The notes below the pieces were generated by a model that was not told the DNA's origin, did no database searches, and saw only the letters and a list, made by a program, of their open reading frames with translations. From assembly GCA_036828955.1 (NCBI GenBank), contig DAISRJ010000001.1:69778-133777 (forward strand): a DNA stretch of 64,000 bases, in the 5' to 3' direction. Of this stretch, positions 46,668 to 55,476 are shown one piece after another. This DNA comes from Candidatus Dormiibacterota bacterium. GTDB taxonomy: Bacteria > Chloroflexota > Dormibacteria > Aeolococcales > Aeolococcaceae. Position 1 is the first letter of the stretch. Every line of letters starts with the position of its first letter. The position numbers and the translations under genes were made by a program.

Positions 46668-46670
46668 GCC
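46627..46670 (-). pseudogene. tRNA-like 3' fragment (anticodon loop to acceptor end); not a complete tRNA
   Basis: Minus-sense GGCTCACGACTCCAAGGGTCGCAGGCTCAAATCCTGCCCGGCCA. T-arm GCAGG/CCTGC with an aberrant loop CTCAAAT. No matching 5' acceptor strand or D-arm upstream. Confidence 0.4.
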
Positions 46671-46804
46671 GTCGGAGCCTTGGTCCGGGCGCGATCGAGG
46701 TCGTGAGCCGCCTGCGAGAACGCGCTAAACGCGACCATCGGCGCGAACCTGCCGTACCCTAGCCGCTCAGGAGAGCTGGTCGGGCGTGGGGCTGATGGGG
46801 AACC

Positions 46805-47452
46805 TCAAGATGACCCGTCGAGTTCCGGCCTGCGCGCCGCCACCCGCTCGACGATGCCGAGCTTGAAGCACTCCACTTTCGCGATCTCGAAGCCTTGGGC
46901 ACGGACCCGTTCCACTGGTCGTCGGAGAAGGTGCTCACCGCCCTGTCGTACGGTGATGACCTCGAGCAGTCGCTGGATGCCTCGCACAAGCCACGCCGAC
47001 GAAGCGACGTGGTCTGCGAGGAGCAAGAGTCCACCGGGACGGAGGACTCGATACATCTCTGCGATCGCCAAGCGCTCCTCTGGTATCGCGCAGAGCGAAA
47101 AGGTGCAGACGACCGTATCGAAGGACGCGTCCGCGAAGGGCAGAGCGTGGGCATCGGCGTCGAGCAGCTGGACTGTGAGGTCCTGGCGGTTGGGTCGGCT
47201 TCGCGCGATTGCAAGCATCGCGGTGCTCAGATCGATGCCCGTGAGCCGGACGTTCGCCGAGTAGAAGGGTACGTTGAGTCCCGTACCAACGCCGACCTCG
47301 AGTGTTTCCCCTGCCGCCTGTGAGCAGACCCAGGTGCGGCTGTCCTTGAACAACACCCGGTCGAGGAAAGGCATCTGTCTGTCATATGACGCCGAATGCT
47401 TGTCCCAGTACCGACGCCAGCGGTCGCGGTAGTCGTCACTGTCACTTGTCAT
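46805..47452 (-). CDS. Class I SAM-dependent methyltransferase (lower-GC gene)
   Basis: ATG at 47452 with GGAG 7 nt upstream (the track TTG at 47479 is 7 nt from the tRNA). Motif I TLEVGVGTGLN. A hand count of 47041..47140 gives 61% GC versus 74% for 46441..46540. Confidence 0.8.
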   Translation of the reverse strand: MTSDSDDYRDRWRRYWDKHSASYDRQMPFLDRVLFKDSRTWVCSQAAGETLEVGVGTGLNVPFYSANVRLTGIDLSTAMLAIARSRPNRQDLTVQLLDADAHALPFADASFDTVVCTFSLCAIPEERLAIAEMYRVLRPGGLLLLADHVASSAWLVRGIQRLLEVITVRQGGEHLLRRPVERVRAQGFEIAKVECFKLGIVERVAARRPELDGSS

Positions 47453-47486
47453 CGGCGACTCCAGCGTAGCCTCACTCAAAACAGGG

Positions 47487-47560
47487 TGGGCGGGGCAGGA
47501 TTCGAACCTGCGACCCTGGGGTTATGAGCCCCGTGCTCTAACCGGCTGAGCTACCCGCCC
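47487..47560 (-). tRNA. tRNA-Met (anticodon CAT), elongator-like; tRNA-Ile2 not excluded
   Basis: GGGCGGG-TA-GCTC-AGCCGGTTA-GAGC-A-CGGGG-CTCATAA-CCCCA-GGGTC-GCAGG-TTCGAAT-CCTGC-CCCGCCC-A folds as a 74-nt cloverleaf. G1:C72 is paired, so it is not an initiator. No encoded CCA. Confidence 0.9.
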
Positions 47561-47616
47561 GCGGCTCGACAGCCTACCCGGTGCTGCCCTGTGCCGGGCG
47601 GAACGCGAAGACGCGA

Positions 47617-47622
47617 TAGTCT
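47617..47622 (+). promoter_or_regulatory. Candidate -10 box (TAGTCT) 6 nt before the deaminase ATG (leaderless-type arrangement)
   Basis: TAnnnT hexamer at 47617..47622 and ATG at 47629. No SD in between. Confidence 0.35.
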
Positions 47623-47628
47623 GGCCCC

Positions 47629-48201
47629 ATGATCGCCGACGCCACCGGGTCCCCGAATCCCGTCCGCCGCCCCGACAAGGATCACTACTTCCTGCTGATC
47701 GCCCTGGCGGCGCGGACTCGTGCCGACTGCCTTGGACGCCGGGTCGGCGCCGTGATCACGCGTGAGGGCCGTGTACTCAGCACGGGGTACAACGGCACCC
47801 CCTTCGGCATGCCCAACTGCAGCGAGGGCGGCTGCTACCGCTGCTCACAACGCATCGCCGACCCTCTCCTTCGAGGCGGCGCCTACGACGTGTGCATCTG
47901 CGTGCACGCTGAGCAGAACGCCATCCTCACCGCCGCTCGTTTCGGGCAGCAGGTGCTGGGCGCCTCGCTCACCTCCACCATGCAGCCCTGCTTCGGCTGT
48001 CTCAAGGAGATGCTCCAGGCCGGTATCAACGAGGTGCACTTCCTGCATCCGTGGGATCCCATGGAGGCGTATGGAGATCCGGCGCTGATCGCCCAGTACG
48101 CCGCCCTGCGCGCCCGCTTCACCAGCTTCGTCCAGGTCGGCGACCCGGCCACGGACACGCCCGAGCTCTTCGGGGATTTCGTAGGGCCGCGCCAGTCGTA
48201 G
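47629..48201 (+). CDS. dCMP/deoxycytidylate deaminase (ComEB-like)
   Basis: Zinc motifs CVHAEQNAI and PCFGCLKEM. Confidence 0.88.
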   Translation: MIADATGSPNPVRRPDKDHYFLLIALAARTRADCLGRRVGAVITREGRVLSTGYNGTPFGMPNCSEGGCYRCSQRIADPLLRGGAYDVCICVHAEQNAILTAARFGQQVLGASLTSTMQPCFGCLKEMLQAGINEVHFLHPWDPMEAYGDPALIAQYAALRARFTSFVQVGDPATDTPELFGDFVGPRQS

Positions 48202-48236
48202 GTCACAACGGAAACCCTCTGGCATAGTTCGCGGGG

Positions 48237-49709
48237 GTGACCCCTCCCCCGCGCCGCCGGTACGCAGACGGTCGACTGTGGCTGATCGCGGCGGCGCTGC
48301 TGGCGCTGCCGCTCTGCCTCGACGCCACCTCCGATCCCGACCTCTGGTGGCACCTGCGCACCGGCCAGTGGATCGTCGACCACGTGGCCGTGCCGCACAC
48401 CGAGCTCTTCTCCTACACCGCTCCCGGCGCGCCCTGGGTCGCCCACGAATGGCTGTCGGAGGTGATCCTCTGGGTGGTGTACCACGGCCTCGGCCTGACT
48501 GCGCTGGCGCTGCTCATGGGCCTGGTGACCTGGAGTGGGCTGCTCGGCCTTGCGTGGCTGGGGCGGCAGCGCGGCGCCGGCGGGTTTGCAGTGGGCGTGG
48601 TTCTCCTGCTCGGCGCCAAGGCGATGGAGCCTGTCACCGGGACGCGGGTGCAGATGTTCACCTTCGCGCTGCTCTGCTGGACGCTGGTGCTGCTGCACGG
48701 GCACATCTCACGCGGCGGCCGGCGGATCTGGCTGCTGGTCCCGATCTTCCTCGTGTGGGCGAACCTTCACGCCGGCTTTGCCCTCGGCCTCGGCTTTCTC
48801 GCCGCAGCGGTGGTCGGGACGGCGCTCGATGCCGCGTGGCAGAGGCGACTCGACCGCGAGACGGTCCGACGCCACACCACCGCCGCCATCGCTCTGCTGT
48901 TGAGCGCCCTGGTCGCGCTCGTCAACCCCAACGGCTTCGACCTCTACGGACGCGCCGTTCTCGCGGTCGGCGCCTCGGAACACCGCCTGATCCAGGAATG
49001 GCAGCCTCCTGACTTCACATCGTTGTCGATGTTGCCTCTCGCCCTGCTCATCATCGCCACGGCCGCGGCGCTGCTGGTCAACCGCCGCCGCGTTCGCCCC
49101 AGCCACCTTCTCCTCACCGCGGTCGGTGTCGCCGCCTCGCTGGTGGCGGTGCGCAATATTGCCCTCGGCGTCGCGCTGCTCTCGCCCACCCTCGCCGAGC
49201 TGTTCCCCATCCGATACCGGCTGCCCGCCCGTCCGATGGTGCTGTCGCTCATCGGCGTGGCCGCTGCCGGGGTCGTCCTGGCCACCTCCATCGCGTCAGT
49301 GGCGGCAACCACCGCACCGGCGGCGCTGGCCCGCGCGCTTCCCTCATGCCTGGTCGCCAACCTGGTGGCCGGGGGGAGCCCCGTCCGCCTGTGGGTGCCA
49401 TACGGGCAGAGTGGCTATGCCATCGATGCCGGTTGGCCGTCGGTACGCGTCTACGCCTACGGCGAGGAGACCACACTCGGGTCCACCGTCATCGACGACT
49501 ACGTCCGCATCGCGGCCGGCGATACCACCGCCCCTGGGGCACTCGGCCTCCTCTCGTCGAGCCACACCAATGCGGTGATCACCTCGCCGGGTGCGCTCGC
49601 CACGGAGCTTGCGGCTGCGGGCTGGCGCACCATCGCCGCGGCCAACGGCGAGACGCTGTTCGGCAGCGCCGACGGCATCAGCCGTGCGACGGTCGTTTGC
49701 GCGGGCTGA
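48237..49709 (+). CDS. Polytopic membrane protein, hypothetical (possible glycosyltransferase-like)
   Basis: 490-aa with many TM segments in the N-terminal 340 aa and a soluble C-terminal domain. GTG start uncertain. Confidence 0.55.
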   Translation: MTPPPRRRYADGRLWLIAAALLALPLCLDATSDPDLWWHLRTGQWIVDHVAVPHTELFSYTAPGAPWVAHEWLSEVILWVVYHGLGLTALALLMGLVTWSGLLGLAWLGRQRGAGGFAVGVVLLLGAKAMEPVTGTRVQMFTFALLCWTLVLLHGHISRGGRRIWLLVPIFLVWANLHAGFALGLGFLAAAVVGTALDAAWQRRLDRETVRRHTTAAIALLLSALVALVNPNGFDLYGRAVLAVGASEHRLIQEWQPPDFTSLSMLPLALLIIATAAALLVNRRRVRPSHLLLTAVGVAASLVAVRNIALGVALLSPTLAELFPIRYRLPARPMVLSLIGVAAAGVVLATSIASVAATTAPAALARALPSCLVANLVAGGSPVRLWVPYGQSGYAIDAGWPSVRVYAYGEETTLGSTVIDDYVRIAAGDTTAPGALGLLSSSHTNAVITSPGALATELAAAGWRTIAAANGETLFGSADGISRATVVCAG

Positions 49710-49718
49710 GATCCCCGC

Positions 49719-51392
49719 TCACCCGGCCGGGTCGACCAGCTGCTCGCGACCGCTGCCCTGGGCCTCGGCGATGGCGGCGACCCGCTCCATAGTGTCGATC
49801 TCCTCGAACGGCTTGTCGTGTCTCCACCGCGCGATGCGCGGGAATCGCAGCGCGTACCCCGACCCGTGCCGGGTCGAGCGCTGCACGGCGTCGAAGGCGA
49901 CCTCGAGCACGATCTGGGGCCGCACGGTTCGGTAATGACCGCCGTCGGCGACGGTGATGTCCTGGAGCAGAGCGGTCATCTCGGCGATCTCCGCGTCGGT
50001 GAGCCCGGTGTATGCCTTGCCGACGGTGAGCAGGTCGTCATCAGGCCCGCGCACGGCGAAGGTCACATCGCTGAGCACGCCGCGGCGTTTGCCGTGTCCC
50101 CATTCGGCTCCGACCACGACGACGTCGAGCGTGTCGAGGGGACGCTTCAACTTCAGCCACGCCAAGCCGCGGCGGCCGGGGGTGTATGCGGAGTCGGGAT
50201 CCTTGAGCATCAGGCCCTCGTTGCGCCGGACGCGGGCGGCAGCGAAGCGCTCGTCCACCTGCCCGGCGCCGACCGCGGGCTGAAGGTGCGCCAGCGCGAA
50301 TCCGTCGCCCAGCGCGAGGTCCTCCAATCGCCGCCGCCGCTCGCGCAGCGGCGTGTCGAGCGTCGACTCCTCGCCGTGAAGGAGCACGTCCCAGGCGACG
50401 TAGATGACCGGTATCTCCTGCAGTATCGCGGCGGAGGGCGCGCGGCGGCCCAGTCGTTTCTGGAGGTCGGCGAAGGGCAGCACCCGCCCCGCGGCGAAGG
50501 CCAGCACCTCGCCGTCGAGGATCACCTCGGGCACGTGCGACGCCGCGCCCACGATCTCGGGGAACTGCTCGGTGACGTCCTTGAGGTCGCGGCTGTACAG
50601 GGCCACCCGACCCCCGGCGTGGTGGAGCTGGCAGCGGATGCCGTCGTACTTGTCCTCGACCCACACCTCCTCCCCCATGCGGCGCACCGCTGCGGCGGAG
50701 TCGGCCACCGGGGAGGCGAGCATGAAGCGCATCGGGAAGAAGAACCTGGGGCGTTCGACGCTCTCGCCGCGGGCGACCAGGCAGGCAACCTCACCGAGGT
50801 CGCCGAGGAGCATCACCGAGCGGGCGACGTCCGCCGCGGGCCGGTCGAACGCCACACCGATCGCCTCTTCGACGAGCCCCTCGCGCAGGCCGATGCGCAT
50901 CTCACCGGTGATCAACTTCACCGCGTAGCGAGCCTCGCCCGGCGAGCAGCGGCGCAGCAGGTTCGCGAACGCCGCGTCGCGGCCCTTCGACGCGTTCAGC
51001 GTCGCGATGTCCGCGAAGGCCGCGTCGACGTCGAGCAGGTCGACCCCGCCAGCCTCCTCGGCGCCGCGCGCGGCCAGGACGTCCGCGGTGGTGTCACCTG
51101 CATCACCGTGCTCCCGGTACGCCGCGACAAGCACCGCATCGTCCACCCCCGCCACCTCGCGGAGCACCCGGAACAGCGCCGCACCGCCGACGTTGAGCGT
51201 GCGCGCGTCGCCGGGGGCGAAGACCCGGCCCGCGAAGTAGCGAGTGGCCAGGAGCAGGCGAGCGGGATCGAGCGCCACCATGTGCTCGGCGAGCAACCGC
51301 ACCTTGGCACGCTTGGACGTCGTGGCCGCGATGGCGTCCGCGGTGACGGCGAATCCGGCGAGGGTCTGCACTCTCTCCACGGCTCGCATCAT
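49719..51392 (-). CDS. ATP-dependent DNA ligase
   Basis: Adenylation motif I EDKYDGIRCQ (KxDG). 557 aa with an N-terminal DNA-binding domain and a C-terminal OB domain. Confidence 0.9.
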   Translation of the reverse strand: MMRAVERVQTLAGFAVTADAIAATTSKRAKVRLLAEHMVALDPARLLLATRYFAGRVFAPGDARTLNVGGAALFRVLREVAGVDDAVLVAAYREHGDAGDTTADVLAARGAEEAGGVDLLDVDAAFADIATLNASKGRDAAFANLLRRCSPGEARYAVKLITGEMRIGLREGLVEEAIGVAFDRPAADVARSVMLLGDLGEVACLVARGESVERPRFFFPMRFMLASPVADSAAAVRRMGEEVWVEDKYDGIRCQLHHAGGRVALYSRDLKDVTEQFPEIVGAASHVPEVILDGEVLAFAAGRVLPFADLQKRLGRRAPSAAILQEIPVIYVAWDVLLHGEESTLDTPLRERRRRLEDLALGDGFALAHLQPAVGAGQVDERFAAARVRRNEGLMLKDPDSAYTPGRRGLAWLKLKRPLDTLDVVVVGAEWGHGKRRGVLSDVTFAVRGPDDDLLTVGKAYTGLTDAEIAEMTALLQDITVADGGHYRTVRPQIVLEVAFDAVQRSTRHGSGYALRFPRIARWRHDKPFEEIDTMERVAAIAEAQGSGREQLVDPAG

Positions 51393-51491
51393 CGCCGACC
51401 GCGCGGCGTCCGCTTTGCGCTCCGATCTCCGCTGTGACGTATAAAGATCGCGTGAGCAGGCCGCCTGAGATCGTCACGATGCGGAGGGTCG

Positions 51492-52847
51492 GTGCCTAAC
51501 TCTTCGCTCCCGGCGGCTGACCGCTTCAGCGAGGTCAACCTGATCGCCGACCCGCTGTACGGCTACATCGAGATCACCAACGGCAACTCCACGTCTCCCG
51601 GGGAGCGCACCCTCCTGGACAGCCAATGGCTGCAACGCCTGCGGCGCGTGCACCAGTTGCAGTCGGCCTGGTGGGTGTTCCCCTCCGCCGAGCACTCGCG
51701 CTTTGTGCACCTGCTCGGCGCCATGCACCTGGCCAGCCTCTTCGCGCGCCGAGTCGACGCATCGCTGCGCGCCGCCTTCCCCGATGCTCCCTCACCGGCA
51801 TGCGTCGAGGAGACCCTGCGTCTCGCGGGCCTGCTCCACGACGTCGGTCACGGCCCCTTCGGTCACTTCTTCGACCAGGAGGTGCTGGCGCGCTGGCACA
51901 TCGACCACGAGGACATCGGGCGCTCACTGGTCGAGAACGAGTTGGCCGACGTGATCGGCTCGCAACGGTCCTCGCCATCGGGCGTGTTCGAGAAGGGCGA
52001 GTCTGTCGATCCCCGCTGGGTGGCGTGGGTGATGGCCGACGCCGACATCCCCGGCTACGAGCCCCCCGGCTGGCTGCGCGCCTGCAAGCCCATCCTCTGT
52101 GGCCCGGCCACGGTCGACAACCTCGATTACGTGCGTCGCGACGCCTACATGTGCGGCATCGCACTGGGTCCCGTCGACGTACAGAGACTGATCCACTACT
52201 CGTTCATCGCCGGCGACACCATGGTCATGCACATGCACGCCGCGGGCGCGCTGCAGATGTTCCTGGCGTCGCGGCTCTACATGTACACGCAGGTCTATCA
52301 CCACCGCACCGGGCGCCGATTCGACCTCTCCATGCACGAGATCTTTGCCGACACGATCGCGCTCCTCCTCCCCGGCAACCCGCTCGACAACCGCGACGCC
52401 TACCTGCGCCTCAACGACTGGGCCGTCCTCGAGGCCGCGCAGCGATGGATGCAGTCACCGCTGGGCAGTGAGGAGCGCCGCCTCGGCGAGGCGTGGGCAC
52501 GTCTGTTCAACCGCGACCTCCACTGGCATCTCGCCTACGAGACCATCGCCCACCGCGGCGTCGACCTCTCCACGCTACAGCACCGACTGCTCGACGCGGT
52601 GCCCGAGGTGTCGGCGCGCGCGCGTGTGCAGGTGGACGTCGTGTCGGCCAAGATCGCTCCCCACAACCCCATGGCGGACCACGGTTTTGTCGCCCTCTAC
52701 GACCCCATCAAGGGTGCCGTCGAACGCACTCACACGGCCGACATGATCGAGCGACTGCCGCAGCACAACCAGCTGGTGCGCGTCTTCACCGACGACGTCA
52801 GCGCCATCCCGGCGCTGCATCGCGCCATCGTGGAGCTGCTCAGCTAA
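51492..52847 (+). CDS. HD-domain phosphohydrolase (dNTP triphosphohydrolase-like)
   Basis: HSRFVHLLG...LLHDVGHGPFGH...DNLDYVRRD motifs. Confidence 0.85.
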   Translation: MPNSSLPAADRFSEVNLIADPLYGYIEITNGNSTSPGERTLLDSQWLQRLRRVHQLQSAWWVFPSAEHSRFVHLLGAMHLASLFARRVDASLRAAFPDAPSPACVEETLRLAGLLHDVGHGPFGHFFDQEVLARWHIDHEDIGRSLVENELADVIGSQRSSPSGVFEKGESVDPRWVAWVMADADIPGYEPPGWLRACKPILCGPATVDNLDYVRRDAYMCGIALGPVDVQRLIHYSFIAGDTMVMHMHAAGALQMFLASRLYMYTQVYHHRTGRRFDLSMHEIFADTIALLLPGNPLDNRDAYLRLNDWAVLEAAQRWMQSPLGSEERRLGEAWARLFNRDLHWHLAYETIAHRGVDLSTLQHRLLDAVPEVSARARVQVDVVSAKIAPHNPMADHGFVALYDPIKGAVERTHTADMIERLPQHNQLVRVFTDDVSAIPALHRAIVELLS

Positions 52848-54301
52848 CTGTCGCTTCGCTGCCTGTAGGCACGGGTGGTGAGCGCCGCAACGAACAGGCA
52901 AACAACCGCCGCCACCGCGAACACACCGGTGGCCACACCGTCGGCGCCGGCGGCCCCGTGGTGCACCGTCGACGTGTACACGGCACCGGTCACCGCAAGG
53001 CCGATGATCACGCCTGCATTGCGCGCTGTGGAGAGGAAACCGGCGGCGCTGCCCAGCGCATCGCGCGGAGCCACGCGGATGGCCGCGGACGTGTTCGGTG
53101 AGGAGAACAGCCCGTTGCCGAGCCCGAGCACCAGCATGCCGGCGAGCAGCAGCCACCAGGCGTCGAGGTGGGCGGCGAGGGCTGCGCCTGCGAAACCGGT
53201 TGACGCCAGGCCCATGCCGATCGCCGTGCTCACCCGGGTGCGCCCCGCGTCGCTGAGCATGCCGCCGCGGCGTGACGTCGCGCCGATGCCGAGGGCGATC
53301 GGCACGAAGGCGAGCCCGGCCACAATCGGGGCCGTGCCGTGGGCCTGCTCCAGCCAGTACGGCAGCAGCGCGAAGCAGGACATCAGTGTGCCCGTGCTGA
53401 GCAGGGTGGCCATGGTGGCTGCGGCAAAGCGCGAATCGCGCAGCAGGCGGCCGTCGATGATCGGGCGCTTGGCGATCAGCTCGGTGGGCACGAGCAGCAA
53501 CAGGCTCACCCAGGCGACCGAGAACCACACCTCCGGTCCGAAGCCGCCCACCACCGGCGCGCCGATGGACGCGATGCCGGCGCCGATGCCGAGGAGGAGC
53601 GTGGCAGTGAGGATCGAGCCGGCCACGTCGAGCTTCACCGGGCGGCGCGCGGCGCTGGCGGGGACGAAGCGGATCGCCAGCCCGGCCCCGATCGCGGCCA
53701 TCGGAAGTCCTGCCCAGAACATCGCCTGCCAGCCCCCGACCGCGACGAGGAGGCCTCCCAGCGGCGGCCCGGCGAGACCCGCGAACGCCTGGGTGATGAC
53801 CAGCACCGCCACGGAGTGCCCGGTGCGCCCCCGAGGGGCGTGCTCGGCGATCAGGGAGAGGCTCCCCGCGGTCAGCACGCCGCCACCGACGGCCTGCACG
53901 GCACGCGCCGCCAGGAGCATTCCGAACGAGGGCGCCAGTGCCGCGGCGACCGAGCCCAGGGCGAAGACACCGAAGCCGGCGAGGTAGACGCGGCGCCGCC
54001 CGAACCGGTCACCGAGCCGCCCCAGCGTTGGCAGCGTGGCCGTGATCGCCACCAGGTAGACGCTGAGCACCTCCTGGCCCGCGCTGAGCGGGACGCCGAA
54101 GTGGCGCACCAGGGGGTCGAGCCCGACGGCCACGATGGTGGCGTCGGCCATGCTGATGAAGGCGCCGACCGCGAGGGCTACGAGCAGCCAGCGGTGCAGC
54201 GGAGGAGCGGCGGCGGCCTCGGGTCGCACCCTTGTGGACACCGGCGACGCCGGGCCCGGCGGGCTCGCCACCGCGCGATGGGCCACCCGCGACGTCGCCA
54301 T
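52844..54301 (-). CDS. MFS transporter (14-TM DHA2-like)
   Basis: Start at ATG 54301 (MATSRVAH...). MADATIVAVGL and LGRLGDRFGRRR motifs. The stop overlaps the convergent HD gene stop (CTAA/TTAG). Confidence 0.8.
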   Translation of the reverse strand: MATSRVAHRAVASPPGPASPVSTRVRPEAAAAPPLHRWLLVALAVGAFISMADATIVAVGLDPLVRHFGVPLSAGQEVLSVYLVAITATLPTLGRLGDRFGRRRVYLAGFGVFALGSVAAALAPSFGMLLAARAVQAVGGGVLTAGSLSLIAEHAPRGRTGHSVAVLVITQAFAGLAGPPLGGLLVAVGGWQAMFWAGLPMAAIGAGLAIRFVPASAARRPVKLDVAGSILTATLLLGIGAGIASIGAPVVGGFGPEVWFSVAWVSLLLLVPTELIAKRPIIDGRLLRDSRFAAATMATLLSTGTLMSCFALLPYWLEQAHGTAPIVAGLAFVPIALGIGATSRRGGMLSDAGRTRVSTAIGMGLASTGFAGAALAAHLDAWWLLLAGMLVLGLGNGLFSSPNTSAAIRVAPRDALGSAAGFLSTARNAGVIIGLAVTGAVYTSTVHHGAAGADGVATGVFAVAAVVCLFVAALTTRAYRQRSDS

Positions 54302-54306
54302 GGGGA

Positions 54307-55446
54307 TTAGGGGCGCAGGGGGATGCGCGGGCCCGAGGGCATCACGGGCGCCGCCGTGCTGGCGAAGTTCTCCTGGCTCACCCGGCCCGCGATGTGGGCC
54401 GCGACATCGCGGAAGACGCCGCCGACCGCGCTGTCCGGGGCGGCCGCCATCAGCGGCTGGCCGTCGCCGCCGCCGAGGCGGATGCGCGGATCCAGGGGGA
54501 TCGATCCGAGGAAGGGGATGTCGTACGTCTCGGCCAGGCCACGTCCGCCGCCGCTGCCGAAGATGTCCGTCGTCTCCCCGCAGTGCGAGCACACGAAGCC
54601 GCTCATGTTCTCGACGATGCCCAGGACCGGCACCTTGACCTGCCGGAACATCTCGATGCCGCGGCTCACGTCGGCCAGCGAGACGTCCTGGGGCGTGGTG
54701 ACGATCACCGCGCCTGTCATGGGCACGCTCTGCGCAAGGCTCAGCTGGACGTCGCCGGTACCGGGCGGCAGGTCGACGACGAGGTAGTCGAGCTCGCCCC
54801 ATTCCACCTCGTAGAGGAATTCGCGCAGCCCCTTGGCGAGCATCGGCCCGCGCCAGATCACCGGCTGGCCCGGCTTGAGGATGGTCCCGAACGACATCAC
54901 CTTGATGCCGTACGCGCTCAGCGGCCGGATGCGCTGCGATTCACCTGGCTCCGGCTGCGCCGTGATGCCCATCATGATCGGCACGTTGGGGCCGTACACG
55001 TCGGCGTCGAGGAGGCCGACGCGAGCGCCGGTGAGGCTGAGCGCGATGGCCATGTTGACGCTGACCGTGGTCTTGCCCACGCCGCCCTTGCCCGCGCTGA
55101 CAGCGAGCACGTTGCGCACGCCCTCGATCTCCTGACGTCCGGGCAGGCCACGCGTCGAGGTGACATTCGAGTCCCAGCTGATCTCGACTGTCGCGACGCC
55201 GGCGACGGTGCCGATCACCGCTGCCTCGATGGCGCCGCGGATCTCGTCTTTCAACGGGCACGCCGGCGTGGTGAGGACGACGCGCATGAACGCGGTGGAG
55301 TCATCGACGCGGAGATCGCGGAGCATCCCCAGCTCGAGCATCGGCCGGCGCAACTCCGGATCGATGACTGCGGCGAGCGCCTGCTCGAGGGCAGCCGACG
55401 GCGAGGCGTCACTCATCGCCATCGAGTATGGCAGAGCCCCGAGCAC
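54307..55446 (-). CDS. Mrp/ApbC/NBP35 Fe-S cluster carrier ATPase with an N-terminal DUF59-like domain
   Basis: Deviant Walker A SAGKGGVGKTT. CxxC motif VCSHCG. Confidence 0.9.
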   Translation of the reverse strand: MLGALPYSMAMSDASPSAALEQALAAVIDPELRRPMLELGMLRDLRVDDSTAFMRVVLTTPACPLKDEIRGAIEAAVIGTVAGVATVEISWDSNVTSTRGLPGRQEIEGVRNVLAVSAGKGGVGKTTVSVNMAIALSLTGARVGLLDADVYGPNVPIMMGITAQPEPGESQRIRPLSAYGIKVMSFGTILKPGQPVIWRGPMLAKGLREFLYEVEWGELDYLVVDLPPGTGDVQLSLAQSVPMTGAVIVTTPQDVSLADVSRGIEMFRQVKVPVLGIVENMSGFVCSHCGETTDIFGSGGGRGLAETYDIPFLGSIPLDPRIRLGGGDGQPLMAAAPDSAVGGVFRDVAAHIAGRVSQENFASTAAPVMPSGPRIPLRP

Positions 55447-55462
55447 GGCCGACCGGCAACAC

Positions 55463-55468
55463 TAGAAT
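55463..55468 (+). promoter_or_regulatory. Candidate -10 box (TAGAAT) 8 nt before the GlcD-like ATG
   Basis: TAGAAT at 55463..55468 and ATG at 55477. No SD in between. Confidence 0.35.
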
Positions 55469-55476
55469 GGCGCGTC

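Noticed and set aside
51393-51491. SOS (LexA) box or other DNA-damage promoter upstream of the ATP-dependent ligase.
   Set aside because: There is no TCGAAC-N4-GTTCGA-like palindrome in the intergenic region. Only the SD-sequestering repeat, reported separately, is present.
52844-52847. Convergent HD-domain and MFS genes overlap by their stop codons (CTAA/TTAG).
   Set aside because: This is real but trivial: compact gene packing with no functional implication I can support.
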